Part shown: piece after piece, positions 20,443 through 29,834 of the stretch
How positions within the stretch are numbered: the stretch's first letter is position 1
Layout of the letters: each line of letters begins with the position of its first letter
Position numbers and translations under genes: made by a program
Notes under the pieces: generated by a model
The model's database searches: none
Told to the model about the DNA's origin: nothing
The model's input: only the letters and a program-made list of their open reading frames with translations
NCBI GenBank assembly: GCA_019057865.1
Contig: JAHLWP010000003.1
Span: 128,001-192,000, forward strand
Direction of reading: 5' to 3'
DNA length: 64,000 bases
From: Promethearchaeota archaeon
GTDB taxonomy: Archaea > Asgardarchaeota > Lokiarchaeia > Sigyniarchaeales > SOKP01

Positions 20443-21687
20443 ATGAATGAGGTTAATAAAAATGATCAGGAAATTCAAATCGTTAAAGATTTTGTAAAAG
20501 ATGGGAGAATTGATGATGCTGTAAAAACAATCGCCAGTTATTTGGGTAATCCAACAGAAGAAAAATATATAGAAAGATTAGAAAATATTATAGAAACGTT
20601 ACTACCTCTTCATGGAGGTAGAACAGTATTGAGATTTTTAATTGAAAACTTAATTATTGATATACCTACTTTATTAAAAAACCTTTCAAAAAAAGACTCG
20701 TTATTGAGATATACCTTTTTACTATTACTGAAAACAATGTGTGAAAACGAATGTGATTTATTCCTCCCTCATAGTGAAGATTTATTAAATTCTAATGATC
20801 CTAATGTCCGAGAAGCGGCTTTACAATTATTAATATACATGGCAGGTGGAGAAACTGATATTGATGATGAGGCTCTTATAAAAACAATTATATTAAAATT
20901 ACCAGATGATAAAGATTTTGTAGTTGAAAAAGCTATTCAAACTCTAAAAGCGATAGGTAGGAATAACCCAACCGTAATAACTAGAATCTTATCTGATTAT
21001 GCAAAAGAAATACTAAATATTCCCGAGAATGAAGATTTAAAAAAATCCATAGATTCAATATTAAAATCCATAGTTTCCATTGATAAAATAGGAGAAATTG
21101 TAGAAGAAGAAAAGATGGAAAGACATTTGGAAAAGGAAGAATCAGAACTTTTAGATAAAGAATTGGAACTAAAAAAGAAAGAATTAGAGATTAAAAAGAA
21201 AAAATTGGAATTAGAAGAAAAAGAGAGAGAAATTGAAGAAAAGGCAATGCAAACGAAAGAGGAGGCATTAAGACTAAAAGAGGAAAGAATAACGAAAGAA
21301 CAAGAATTAGGTGAAGAGAAAGAAATTAAAGAAAAACCTGCAAAAGTAAAAATACCAAAAAAGCTAAAGAAGGAAGAATCGGAAATTATTGACAAAGAAT
21401 TGGAACTAAAAAAGAAAGAAATAGAGATTAAGAAGAAAAAATTGGCATTAGAAGAAAAAGAGAAGGCATTAGAAGAAAAAGAAATCTTAGAGAAGGAAAA
21501 GGTATTAAAATTAAAAGAAGAATTAATTGAAAAGGAAAAGGAACTATCTCAAGTAGAGTTAGAACTAAAGCAAAAAGCAATTGAACAAAAAGAACAGAAA
21601 CTTAAAGAAGAAGAAATCAAAAGGATTAAAGAAGAGCTTAAAAAAATAGAACATAACAAAGAAGAAAATGAAGAATCTCTGAAATAA
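20443..21687 (+). CDS. HEAT/ARM-repeat protein with long charged (E/K) coiled-coil tail
   Basis: DPNVREAALQLL and DFVVEKAIQTL repeats; E/K-rich C-terminal half. Confidence 0.8.
   Translation: MNEVNKNDQEIQIVKDFVKDGRIDDAVKTIASYLGNPTEEKYIERLENIIETLLPLHGGRTVLRFLIENLIIDIPTLLKNLSKKDSLLRYTFLLLLKTMCENECDLFLPHSEDLLNSNDPNVREAALQLLIYMAGGETDIDDEALIKTIILKLPDDKDFVVEKAIQTLKAIGRNNPTVITRILSDYAKEILNIPENEDLKKSIDSILKSIVSIDKIGEIVEEEKMERHLEKEESELLDKELELKKKELEIKKKKLELEEKEREIEEKAMQTKEEALRLKEERITKEQELGEEKEIKEKPAKVKIPKKLKKEESEIIDKELELKKKEIEIKKKKLALEEKEKALEEKEILEKEKVLKLKEELIEKEKELSQVELELKQKAIEQKEQKLKEEEIKRIKEELKKIEHNKEENEESLK
21133..21480 (+). repeat. Intragenic duplication, period 237 nt (79 aa)
   Basis: KEESELLDKELELKKKELEIKKKKLELEEKE at 21133 versus KEESEIIDKELELKKKEIEIKKKKLALEEKE at 21370; also conserved at the DNA level. 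Confidence 0.85.
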
Positions 21688-21690
21688 GTT

Positions 21691-22716
21691 TCATTCCTCA
21701 TCAAAATCAATACTAGATTGGGGTTTATTCTCAGTAATAGGAGTTTTATGTAATCTTCTCACTAATTTTCGAACTTCTTCTATTTTCATACTTTCTGGGG
21801 CTAAACTCAATTGAATTTTTTTTGCTAGATCATATGCTAGCTCAATATAATTTAGATCTTCGAGAAATTCTACAATTTGAATTTTACAATCTATATCTTC
21901 TATTCCTTCTCCATATTCTAATAATTTTTCTTTGAGTAAAATATCTATCTTATCAGATCTCTCAACATATTTTACCTTTCTGACTAATTGCTTAAAACTG
22001 TTCATTAAATTATATATTTCAGAATCAGCATAGCTATCAATATTTTTCAACACATGGAAAATATAAATTTCCGCCTTTTCCCATCTTTTAAATTTTAAAC
22101 TCGATTCGATTAATTCTAAAAGAGCTAACTCATAGAGAAATTTACTTTCAATACTAGGTATAATTTTTTCAAAAATCCAATCTAATAAATTAGGTAAATC
22201 AAATTTCTCAATAATATCTAGTAAGAATTTCTCTACAGTAAAATATAACTTTGCATTTTCTGTTTTTGTAGAAGTTAGGAAAGAAACTAAAGCATACTTA
22301 ACTCTACCCATAGCATCTTCAAGATTTAAAGGTTTTTCTGCAAATTTGTAAAATGCTGATTCTAAAATCGGTTGAATCTTATCTTTAGCGTCGAAATCAT
22401 AAACAAAATATTCTCCCCAACTTGGCGTAGGTCCGATGCTTTTTCTGGATTTTGTAGATTGTTTCTGCTTGGTTTTTTGAGGTAATTTAGGTTGTTTAGC
22501 CTTTAATTCATCAGATAGTTGTTTTGCTTGTTCTTCAGATATAAATCTAAGAATTATTTTATCTTTTTCTTTTGGAACAGTTAATCTGAAAAATACATCT
22601 TCTTCTTCATCTTCAAATAATACATCTCTTAAATTCTTTGGAAAGGTAATTCCAGTTTTAGTTTTTTTAATTATTTCCTCAAATAAAGGAGTATCTTTGG
22701 AATTCTCTTCTGCCAT
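21691..22716 (-). CDS. Hypothetical protein: AbrB/SpoVT-like N-terminus plus alpha-solenoid C-terminus
   Basis: GITFPKNLRDVL...KDKIILR resembles the AbrB swapped hairpin; the remainder is all-helical. Confidence 0.55.
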   Translation of the reverse strand: MAEENSKDTPLFEEIIKKTKTGITFPKNLRDVLFEDEEEDVFFRLTVPKEKDKIILRFISEEQAKQLSDELKAKQPKLPQKTKQKQSTKSRKSIGPTPSWGEYFVYDFDAKDKIQPILESAFYKFAEKPLNLEDAMGRVKYALVSFLTSTKTENAKLYFTVEKFLLDIIEKFDLPNLLDWIFEKIIPSIESKFLYELALLELIESSLKFKRWEKAEIYIFHVLKNIDSYADSEIYNLMNSFKQLVRKVKYVERSDKIDILLKEKLLEYGEGIEDIDCKIQIVEFLEDLNYIELAYDLAKKIQLSLAPESMKIEEVRKLVRRLHKTPITENKPQSSIDFDEE

Positions 22717-22785
22717 AATTATTAAATTGTTTAGTTATTTTATAACTTTAATATTATATTATTAATTTTATTAATTTCTTTATTA

Positions 22786-23388
22786 TTACCCTGTAATATT
22801 AACTAATTCTACTCCACGTACATCAAAATTTTGATCAATAAAGCATAAAATAGCGTGCCCCTCATGAACATATACTATTGGAACAGGATAAGATTCAGCA
22901 TTTTCAATAAAATTTTTTTTAACAAATAAAGTTAGAACTTTATTACATACTCTACATTCAACATTTATACTTTTTATTAAGCCTAAATCTGCAAACCTTT
23001 CTATAATATCTTCAATTTCATTTTTAAAAGCATTAAAAATATTAATAGAAAAATTTCCATAGGACAAAATTACCTCCACATCATATATATCATGAAATTT
23101 AAAACTTACATGATCCAATAAAGCTTCCAATAATTGAAATTGTACTTCATTTCTCGAACCAACAGTATATATTAAATTATCTCTTCTGATATGTACAATT
23201 TTCATATTTCCCTTGGTTAAATGAAAGAAAATATCATTAACTGGATTTTGTTTGACAATATTTAAATCTAAATCATATCTTTTAAATGATCTAACAGGTT
23301 TCCACTCAAACAATGTGAAATTTTCATTACTTATATTGATAAATTCAAGATACTCTCCGATATTTTTATATACTGGCATTTGACTCAC
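22786..23388 (-). CDS. Longin-like domain plus C-terminal CxxC/His domain, hypothetical
   Basis: N-terminal beta-sheet/helix order (KIVHIRRDNLIYTVGS...LLEALLDHVSFKF); C-terminal CRVC...H..HAILCFIDQNFDVRG. Confidence 0.55.
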   Translation of the reverse strand: MSQMPVYKNIGEYLEFINISNENFTLFEWKPVRSFKRYDLDLNIVKQNPVNDIFFHLTKGNMKIVHIRRDNLIYTVGSRNEVQFQLLEALLDHVSFKFHDIYDVEVILSYGNFSINIFNAFKNEIEDIIERFADLGLIKSINVECRVCNKVLTLFVKKNFIENAESYPVPIVYVHEGHAILCFIDQNFDVRGVELVNITG

Positions 23389-23606
23389 ATTAAATACTTA
23401 AATATTAATACTTTTAAAGTGATAATTATTCAAAATTACTATTATAACTAATTAATGGTAATTTCAATATAAATATCTTTCATGAACGATATCAATTTTT
23501 TTGAATCGGTTCTTAATTAATAATATAAATTATAAAGGAAGATTTTTAATTTTTAATAACTCTCCTTGATAAAAAGTTTAAAAATTCCAATAATGAGTGA
23601 GCAAAA

Positions 23607-24449
23607 TTGGATAAAAAGAAAATTAAAAGAGAAATTGACACTTTTCAAGAAACACATATAATAAAAGAGTATGAAACTTTATCTTTTTCTGTAGTATTGG
23701 TTAAACCTGAGCATGCAGGGAATATTGGTTCTATAGCACGTCTAATGGAAAATTTCAACTTTAAAAAGCTTGTTATTTTTAATCCAATTGAAGAAATTGA
23801 AAAAATATTCAGTTATGAAACCCAAGGATTTGCTATGCATGGAAAAGATATTCTTTTTAATGCTGAAGTAATAATTATTCAAGACCAAGAAGATCATCTA
23901 TCTAAATTTAAAAAATATTTAGAAGGATTTGATTTAGTTATTGCTACAACTGCCAAAGGCGAAAGTTACTCAAATATTAGAAGATTAGCGATTTTCCCTG
24001 AAGACTTAATATTTCCAAAATCCGAAACTCAATTAAAAATTGCTATACTTTTTGGTAAGGAGTCTCGAGGTTTAACTAATGAAGAAATCAACTTTGTAGA
24101 TATATTATTAAGAATCCCTACAGGATTTAATTACCCTACTTTAAATATTTCACACGCTTGTGGAATAGTATTATATGAAATATTTAAAAAAATAAGCGTA
24201 TTAACAATTGGACGAGGTAAAAAACCTGTTCTTTATGCAAATAAAGAAGACCGTCTTACTCTTTATAAATTTATAGATCATCTTATTGAAAAGTTGAAAA
24301 TAAGATCTCATAAAAAAGAAAATGTATTTTTTGCGTTTAAAAATGTTTTTGAACGTGCTTTTATGTCAAAAAAAGAATTGAGTTTAATAACAGGATTATT
24401 TTCCAAAGTAGATTCAATTTTAAGTAATATAAGCTTATATGAGAGTTGA
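23607..24449 (+). CDS. trmJ: SPOUT tRNA methyltransferase, TrmJ/TrmH family
   Basis: PEHAGNIGSIARLMENF, FGKESRGLTNEE, YPTLNISHAC. Confidence 0.88.
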   Translation: MDKKKIKREIDTFQETHIIKEYETLSFSVVLVKPEHAGNIGSIARLMENFNFKKLVIFNPIEEIEKIFSYETQGFAMHGKDILFNAEVIIIQDQEDHLSKFKKYLEGFDLVIATTAKGESYSNIRRLAIFPEDLIFPKSETQLKIAILFGKESRGLTNEEINFVDILLRIPTGFNYPTLNISHACGIVLYEIFKKISVLTIGRGKKPVLYANKEDRLTLYKFIDHLIEKLKIRSHKKENVFFAFKNVFERAFMSKKELSLITGLFSKVDSILSNISLYES

Positions 24450-24483
24450 TTTAAGGAAATTAAAAAAATTTAAATTAAAAAAA

Positions 24484-25134
24484 TTAAATAAGATATTTTT
24501 GCTGTAATTCAACATAATCATAATAATCTTGAAATTTTTCTTCTACAAATTCGAAAGTTATCTCGTAAAATTGTCGAAAGAGTTCTTCTGGAAAGATATT
24601 CTCCTCAAAAATTATTTTTGAAACTAATTGTTCAGTTAAGATTTGTGAATTGATTGGCTTATTATATAGTAAAAACTTCATCATAGATTTTTCAACAGTA
24701 GTTTTAACTATACTTTTCACAAACTTTAAACCTAAATCAGAATCAGGGTCAAGAAAATATGGATAATTCATATCATCCAAGATTTTTATCAAGTTTAATT
24801 TGTTTGAGATCTTATCTACACTGTATTCTAATGAGCTAGGCTGAAGTCCAAACTTCTCACAAAAATCTTGTTTTGATTCATGAAGAGGAAATGCTAAAGG
24901 GTGTCTTGAGATAATGTAATATGCAGAAATCAGGAATTTAAACAAGTTATGAGGGATTTTATCACATTTCCTCAAATATCGATAGATTAATGTAATCGTA
25001 TCTAGTAATAAATCAAAATTAATGTCGAGTTGCTCCAAAAATTCTTGGCTTTCTTTTAATAAATCAACCGTTATCCTTTCTTTTGTATTAAGTATTTCAT
25101 AATTAGGTGTATAAAGTTCTAACATTTCACACAC
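24484..25134 (-). CDS. Hypothetical protein with one cyclin-box/TFIIB-repeat-like segment
   Basis: SAYYIISRHP...SKQDFCEKFGLQPSSLEYSVDKI parallels the TFIIB cyclin repeat; no Zn ribbon. Confidence 0.5.
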   Translation of the reverse strand: MCEMLELYTPNYEILNTKERITVDLLKESQEFLEQLDINFDLLLDTITLIYRYLRKCDKIPHNLFKFLISAYYIISRHPLAFPLHESKQDFCEKFGLQPSSLEYSVDKISNKLNLIKILDDMNYPYFLDPDSDLGLKFVKSIVKTTVEKSMMKFLLYNKPINSQILTEQLVSKIIFEENIFPEELFRQFYEITFEFVEEKFQDYYDYVELQQKYLI

Positions 25135-25205
25135 AAATCCTTTACTTATTTATTTTTTATTGTAATATTGATATGATATTTCGATATTATACATATAGTA
25201 CTTTT

Positions 25206-25267
25206 TATATTTAAATGTTGCATCACAATTGATGCATTTTAGGATCAAAAATGCAAACATTTATATA
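25206..25267. promoter_or_regulatory. Nested inverted repeats (putative operator) between divergent genes
   Basis: TGCATCA-CAAT-TGATGCA (25219-25236) overlaps TGCATTTT-N7-AAAATGCA (25233-25255); outer arms AAATGTTGCAT and ATGCAAACATTT. Confidence 0.55.
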
Positions 25268-25314
25268 TTTATAAATTCATTTTTATATCAGTGTTTTTGT
25301 CGGAGTAAATTAAA

Positions 25315-25782
25315 ATGCCACCTGAATCTAAATCTCAAGATGATTCTGAAGAAAGAAAAAAAAGAATTACTGTTAAACTAGATGGATTCGATCGTAAAGT
25401 CATTAATAAGATGGCAACAAATAGAAATATCTCTCTATCCCAGGCTATAAGAAATATAGTACACCAATGGATTGAAAGTAATCCCGATTTATTGAAAAAA
25501 AATTACGGAATTAGTGTTGAAGAAATTTCTGAGGAAATTGCTTTAGAAACAGCAAGTATAACATTAGATAAAACTTTGCAACCATATGAGAAAGATATAA
25601 TAAAAGAACTACCTAATTTTTTTGAAATGGTTGATGATGTTAGTTTAGAAGATTTAGCAGAATATTTTGATATTAGTATAAAAGCTATTAAAAATCTAAT
25701 CTTTACACATAGCGTAAAAATAAAAGAATTAGGATTGCGTTTAATGTATAGAGGAGACAGAATATATAAATACATAGAATAA
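25315..25782 (+). CDS. Ribbon-helix-helix (CopG-like) regulator with C-terminal HTH
   Basis: KKRITVKLD...INKMATNRNISLSQAIRNIV; VSLEDLAEYFDISIKAIK. Confidence 0.75.
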   Translation: MPPESKSQDDSEERKKRITVKLDGFDRKVINKMATNRNISLSQAIRNIVHQWIESNPDLLKKNYGISVEEISEEIALETASITLDKTLQPYEKDIIKELPNFFEMVDDVSLEDLAEYFDISIKAIKNLIFTHSVKIKELGLRLMYRGDRIYKYIE

Positions 25783-25804
25783 AAATTAAATTAGTAGACT
25801 AAAA

Positions 25805-26065
25805 ATGAGTTCTGGAAAAATAGAAAAGTTTTACAATGATGTTTTAAAGAGCAGATTTAATAATTCAGTCGATCATTATTTTTCTCTTTCTAGTTGCGTA
25901 ATCCCTTTTTCATCTTTATCTAAAAATAAACAATCTTCTTGTATTTATTTTGGTAATGAAAAGATACCATTTAAAGAGAGACATCCAGAATTTAGGATGA
26001 TATTAAGAAATGAATTTTCTAATGTTATAAAGGAATTCAGTAGAAATCTTAATAATAATAAATAA
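25805..26065 (+). CDS. Small hypothetical protein (paralogue of 28931..29191)
   Basis: Shared motif VIPFS...IY.GNE.IPF....PEF..IL..EF.N...EF. Confidence 0.7.
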   Translation: MSSGKIEKFYNDVLKSRFNNSVDHYFSLSSCVIPFSSLSKNKQSSCIYFGNEKIPFKERHPEFRMILRNEFSNVIKEFSRNLNNNK

Positions 26066-26103
26066 AGATTTTTTCAACTTAACAGAATAAAGAGTAAAAT
26101 AGC

Positions 26104-26460
26104 TTATTCATAAAGAACGCAAGCTATCAAGATAAATTTCCATGGAACTTCATTTCCATCGTATACTAAAGATTTAACATCATCAAAAGGCTCTTTACCG
26201 GAAAAAGTTTAAAAACTTTCCAAGCCCTTTCCTATAGCTTTTTCATCTTCTAATATTTCTAAAAATCGTTCTTTAATCCCTGCCCAATAAATTTGTTTCA
26301 AATCTATTATCTTTTTTAGTTCAGGCAAATCAATTAAACCTTCCGTGACTAAATTCTCACTAACCAGATGGAAGTATTTACTAAATTTTCTAGAAACTTC
26401 TTCTGGATTACCTTCTATTCGATTGTACAAAAAAACCAATCCAATTGCATTCATTTTCAA
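26104..26460 (-). pseudogene. Hypothetical protein interrupted by an internal stop/indels
   Basis: The ORF stops at TAA 26209-26211, but the same frame continues TFSGKEPFDDVKSLVYDGNEVPWKFILIACVLYE* to 26104. An alternative frame reads AWKVFK across the lesion. Confidence 0.55.
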
Positions 26461-26605
26461 TTAAGTCTTTTAATGATATGTTTTGAAAAATTATTCTTCT
26501 TTTTAATAAATTGATATTATTAACCATAAAGCTTATTATTCTTTTTATTAAATATCAGAATTGATAAGTTTTTTATTCTTATATCATATAAGAAGGAATT
26601 TAAGC

Positions 26606-26803
26606 ATGCCAAAAGTATGTAAATGGTATTTTTGCTGTCCCATAAAATATTATGTGGAAAGTGGTAAACTTGAGAGAAAATGGATTGAAGAATATTGCTT
26701 GATAAGTAATATTGATTGTGTAAGATACGAAATGGAAGAAAATGGTATAGAACACCCTGATAATATGCTTCCTAACGGAGAAATCAGAGAAGGATTAAGA
26801 TAA
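26606..26803 (+). CDS. Small Cys-rich conserved hypothetical protein
   Basis: MPKVCKWYFCCP...YC....DCVRYEMEENGIEHPDNMLPNG; ATG at 26606 follows AGAAGGA. Confidence 0.7.
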   Translation: MPKVCKWYFCCPIKYYVESGKLERKWIEEYCLISNIDCVRYEMEENGIEHPDNMLPNGEIREGLR

Positions 26804-26883
26804 AAAGTGAAAAATGCTCTAATAAATTTTATAATTCATATTGAATTAAAATTCAATAATTCTAAATAGTAAGAGAGAATAAA

Positions 26884-28077
26884 TTGGAGATTCGAAAACT
26901 TACGGAAAAAGACAGATTGTCTTATAGAAAGATCTGTCGTTACGCATTCTCAGCTTCAGAAAACAATTATGAGAAGTTAGATTGGCCACCTGATGATATG
27001 CCAATTAATCGATTTTATGGCGCTTTTGATAATGATGTACTAATAGCCGGAAGTGGAATAATTCCATTTGAAATAAAAGTACGCTCCAAAACATTTAAAA
27101 TGGGAGGAGTTGATGGAGTAGCAACAAAACCTGAATTCCGTAATCGTGGGGTAATACGAGAAATTTTTAAGCAAATTTATCAAGATTTGTACAAAAATAA
27201 AATTCCAATCTCAGTGCTATATCCTTTTAAAATTTCTTACTATGAAAAGTTGAGTTATGCTGTTGTTAATGAAGAAATTTTGTATCATTTTGAAATTTCA
27301 AGTATCATTGATAGAAAAACAAATTACTTCATGAAAGAAGTTGAGGAAATAAATGAAGATATTAAACACGTGTATGATCAAATAATAAACAAGTATGATT
27401 ATATCGCTAAACGATCAGAAATACAATGGAAAGACTTAAAAAAATCAAACTATAAGTTTATATGCTATGATAAAGATCGACCAGTTGGTTATATTTTTCT
27501 TCACTTTCCGAAAAAGGATACACCGTGGTGGGAACAACTGGACCATATTCAAAATACTATTTACATCCGAGAAACTTTTTGGCTTAATCAATCTGCTAAA
27601 CAAACAATTTTCAACTTTCTATGGAGTCACCGAGATCAACGAAAATATATTGCAGGAGCTTTTCCAGTAAATGAAAATATTATAGGGTTGCTAAATAATC
27701 CACGAATTTTAGCGCGTGAAATACATCCAAATTCTATGCTAAGAATAATTGATGTAAAAACCATATTAGAGTCCTTGAATTATTCGATTAGTGATTTTAG
27801 CATTTCAATTCGCGTCCATGATAAAGATTGCCCATGGAATAATAGCAATTTTCTCTTAACATCAGATAATAAAATAATAAACGTTAAGTTTGAAGAAAAT
27901 AAAGAAGAACCTATTGATTTAGAAATAGATATAAGTCATTTTGCTCAGTTGCTCGTAGGATTTAGAACAATTGATGATTTATTGGAATATGATTTTGTTA
28001 CAATTAATGAAAAGAAATTAGAATTGATAAAAAAACTTTTCCCCCTTGCAAGTAGTAATTTCTCTGATTTTTTTTAA
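26884..28077 (+). CDS. Eis-family GNAT N-acetyltransferase
   Basis: GVDGVATKPEFRNRG, SVLYPF..YYEK, MLRIIDV, SCP2-like C-terminus ending DFF. Confidence 0.9.
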   Translation: MEIRKLTEKDRLSYRKICRYAFSASENNYEKLDWPPDDMPINRFYGAFDNDVLIAGSGIIPFEIKVRSKTFKMGGVDGVATKPEFRNRGVIREIFKQIYQDLYKNKIPISVLYPFKISYYEKLSYAVVNEEILYHFEISSIIDRKTNYFMKEVEEINEDIKHVYDQIINKYDYIAKRSEIQWKDLKKSNYKFICYDKDRPVGYIFLHFPKKDTPWWEQLDHIQNTIYIRETFWLNQSAKQTIFNFLWSHRDQRKYIAGAFPVNENIIGLLNNPRILAREIHPNSMLRIIDVKTILESLNYSISDFSISIRVHDKDCPWNNSNFLLTSDNKIINVKFEENKEEPIDLEIDISHFAQLLVGFRTIDDLLEYDFVTINEKKLELIKKLFPLASSNFSDFF

Positions 28078-28225
28078 TTAATAGATTATTATTAGATGAT
28101 ATCTCTATTTTTTAGATTAATTACAAAATTATTAATTTAAAAACTTTTAAAGAACAAAAAATATCTCACTTTTTATATTTTCGTAAAGAATTACCTTTAA
28201 ACTAATATTCTGACTTGGATAAAAA

Positions 28226-28546
28226 GTGAATTCGCAATTATTAGAAAAGAAAGTTGAGGATCTTCTAGAAAAAATTCTAAAACCAGAGGAATCACAAAAT
28301 AAAAGGAGAATTCAAAGAATAAAATTTCGACTATTATCTAAACTTGTAGCTGATTTATTCAACAACAAGGATTCAAAAGAATGTTTTCATAATATCTCAA
28401 ATCTAATAATTTTGATGCTTAATTTGTATAAAGATACTTTTCCTGTTGATAATTTTCCAAATAAAGAAAAAGATAGAGCAGTAAAGTCGACGACTAAACA
28501 TAAACATATATTGAAGCAAGAATTCCTAATGAAAGAGAAACTTTAG
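28226..28546 (+). CDS. Hypothetical protein
   Basis: 106-aa helical ORF, first of a co-oriented trio. Confidence 0.55.
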   Translation: MNSQLLEKKVEDLLEKILKPEESQNKRRIQRIKFRLLSKLVADLFNNKDSKECFHNISNLIILMLNLYKDTFPVDNFPNKEKDRAVKSTTKHKHILKQEFLMKEKL

Positions 28547-28556
28547 GAGGTAAAAG

Positions 28557-28841
28557 ATGGGTTTAAATGTTGGAAAGATAAAACAATCATATCTAATCCA
28601 TCAAAAACCAGATTTTAAAAGGTCATCTGTAATCGAGAATGAAAATGATAAGATTAATTGTATTATTACAAGAGATTCGATAATTATTACTAATGAGAAT
28701 TTAGCAATAATAAAAATTCTACATTCTCTTTTATTAACTAATTCAAATCTAACTAATAAACAAAAGCTGGACTATTGTAAAAGTGAAAGATTCTTCATGA
28801 AATTATATTTGAGGGAGATAATAAAAAATCTTAAGAGATAA
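28557..28841 (+). CDS. Hypothetical protein
   Basis: 94 aa; strong SD AGGAGGT overlapping the upstream stop. Confidence 0.65.
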   Translation: MGLNVGKIKQSYLIHQKPDFKRSSVIENENDKINCIITRDSIIITNENLAIIKILHSLLLTNSNLTNKQKLDYCKSERFFMKLYLREIIKNLKR

Positions 28842-28930
28842 TTAATATTCGATTTTAGTTTTATTACTAAATTTGTCGAGAGTTTTCTTTTAAATACGAC
28901 TGATATTATAATATGGTTAAATAAATTAAT

Positions 28931-29191
28931 GTGAGATTGAAATTGAGTTTAGAATTAATAAGTAAAGGAATCAATAATATAGAGAAAAGAAAACAAGTTA
29001 ATACTCCTGAAGAGTTTATTGACATATCAACTTTAGTAATTCCTTTTTCTACCATTTTTGAAAAATTAACTCCTTCAGATATTTATACCGGAAATGAGAT
29101 TATTCCTTTTGAAAAAAAAGACCCAGAATTCAAACTTATATTAATTTATGAGTTTGAAAATGCGTTAGAAGAATTTAAACATTCTGTTTAA
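28931..29191 (+). CDS. Small hypothetical protein (paralogue of 25805..26065)
   Basis: LVIPFS...IYTGNEIIPFEKKDPEFKLILIYEFENALEEF. Confidence 0.7.
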   Translation: MRLKLSLELISKGINNIEKRKQVNTPEEFIDISTLVIPFSTIFEKLTPSDIYTGNEIIPFEKKDPEFKLILIYEFENALEEFKHSV

Positions 29192-29726
29192 GTTCTAAAT
29201 CATCACCAATTAATGCATATCTGCAAAAAACTTGATTCTGAGGCATGAACTTCTTGAATTGTTACTAAAAGAAAAAATTTAAATTAATATTTATTATTCA
29301 ACTTTTTTCTTATTGTTGCTCTTTATACAATTTTTTAATATATGCCCGTAATCTCTCAAAACTTTCTTCTTCTCCTTGGTTAGCAGAACAACAAAAAATT
29401 TAATAAAAGACTAAAGATACTTAACTTTTTAAATATAAATTTCCTATATCTAAACATGTTAAAGGCAACTAATTTTAAAAATGCAATTTTATTCTCTTTA
29501 TTACTAACTATTTCCATATATCTTGGAACCTTTATCCCCGTGTTAAGTTTCTTTTTCTTACAACGATTTTCCAAAACCAATCCCGACAATAGTGATTTGG
29601 TCTCAAAAAGTCTTAGCGCAATGAATGATTTTGCTATTCCCTCTTTCGAATTCTAATAATTATTATTTTTTTTCTATATTATTTTTAAATGTTATAAATT
29701 AAAGGTGAAAGTAAAATTTTCTCATT

Positions 29727-29745
29727 AACTTCCCTACAGGAAGTT
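29727..29745. promoter_or_regulatory. 7-bp inverted repeat upstream of the DUF998-like gene
   Basis: AACTTCC-CTACA-GGAAGTT, GC-containing within AT-rich intergenic DNA. Confidence 0.3.
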
Positions 29746-29834
29746 TTTCAAAAACATTTAATTGAAATAATTATAAATATGACCTAAATTCTATATAGTT
29801 TTAATAAAAACTATATGTTAAAAATAAAAATAAG

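Noticed and set aside
29200-29700. ORFs 29380..29589 (-) and 29456..29656 (+)
   Set aside because: They overlap each other and have no recognisable motif or SD. This may be a decayed gene, but I cannot support a call.
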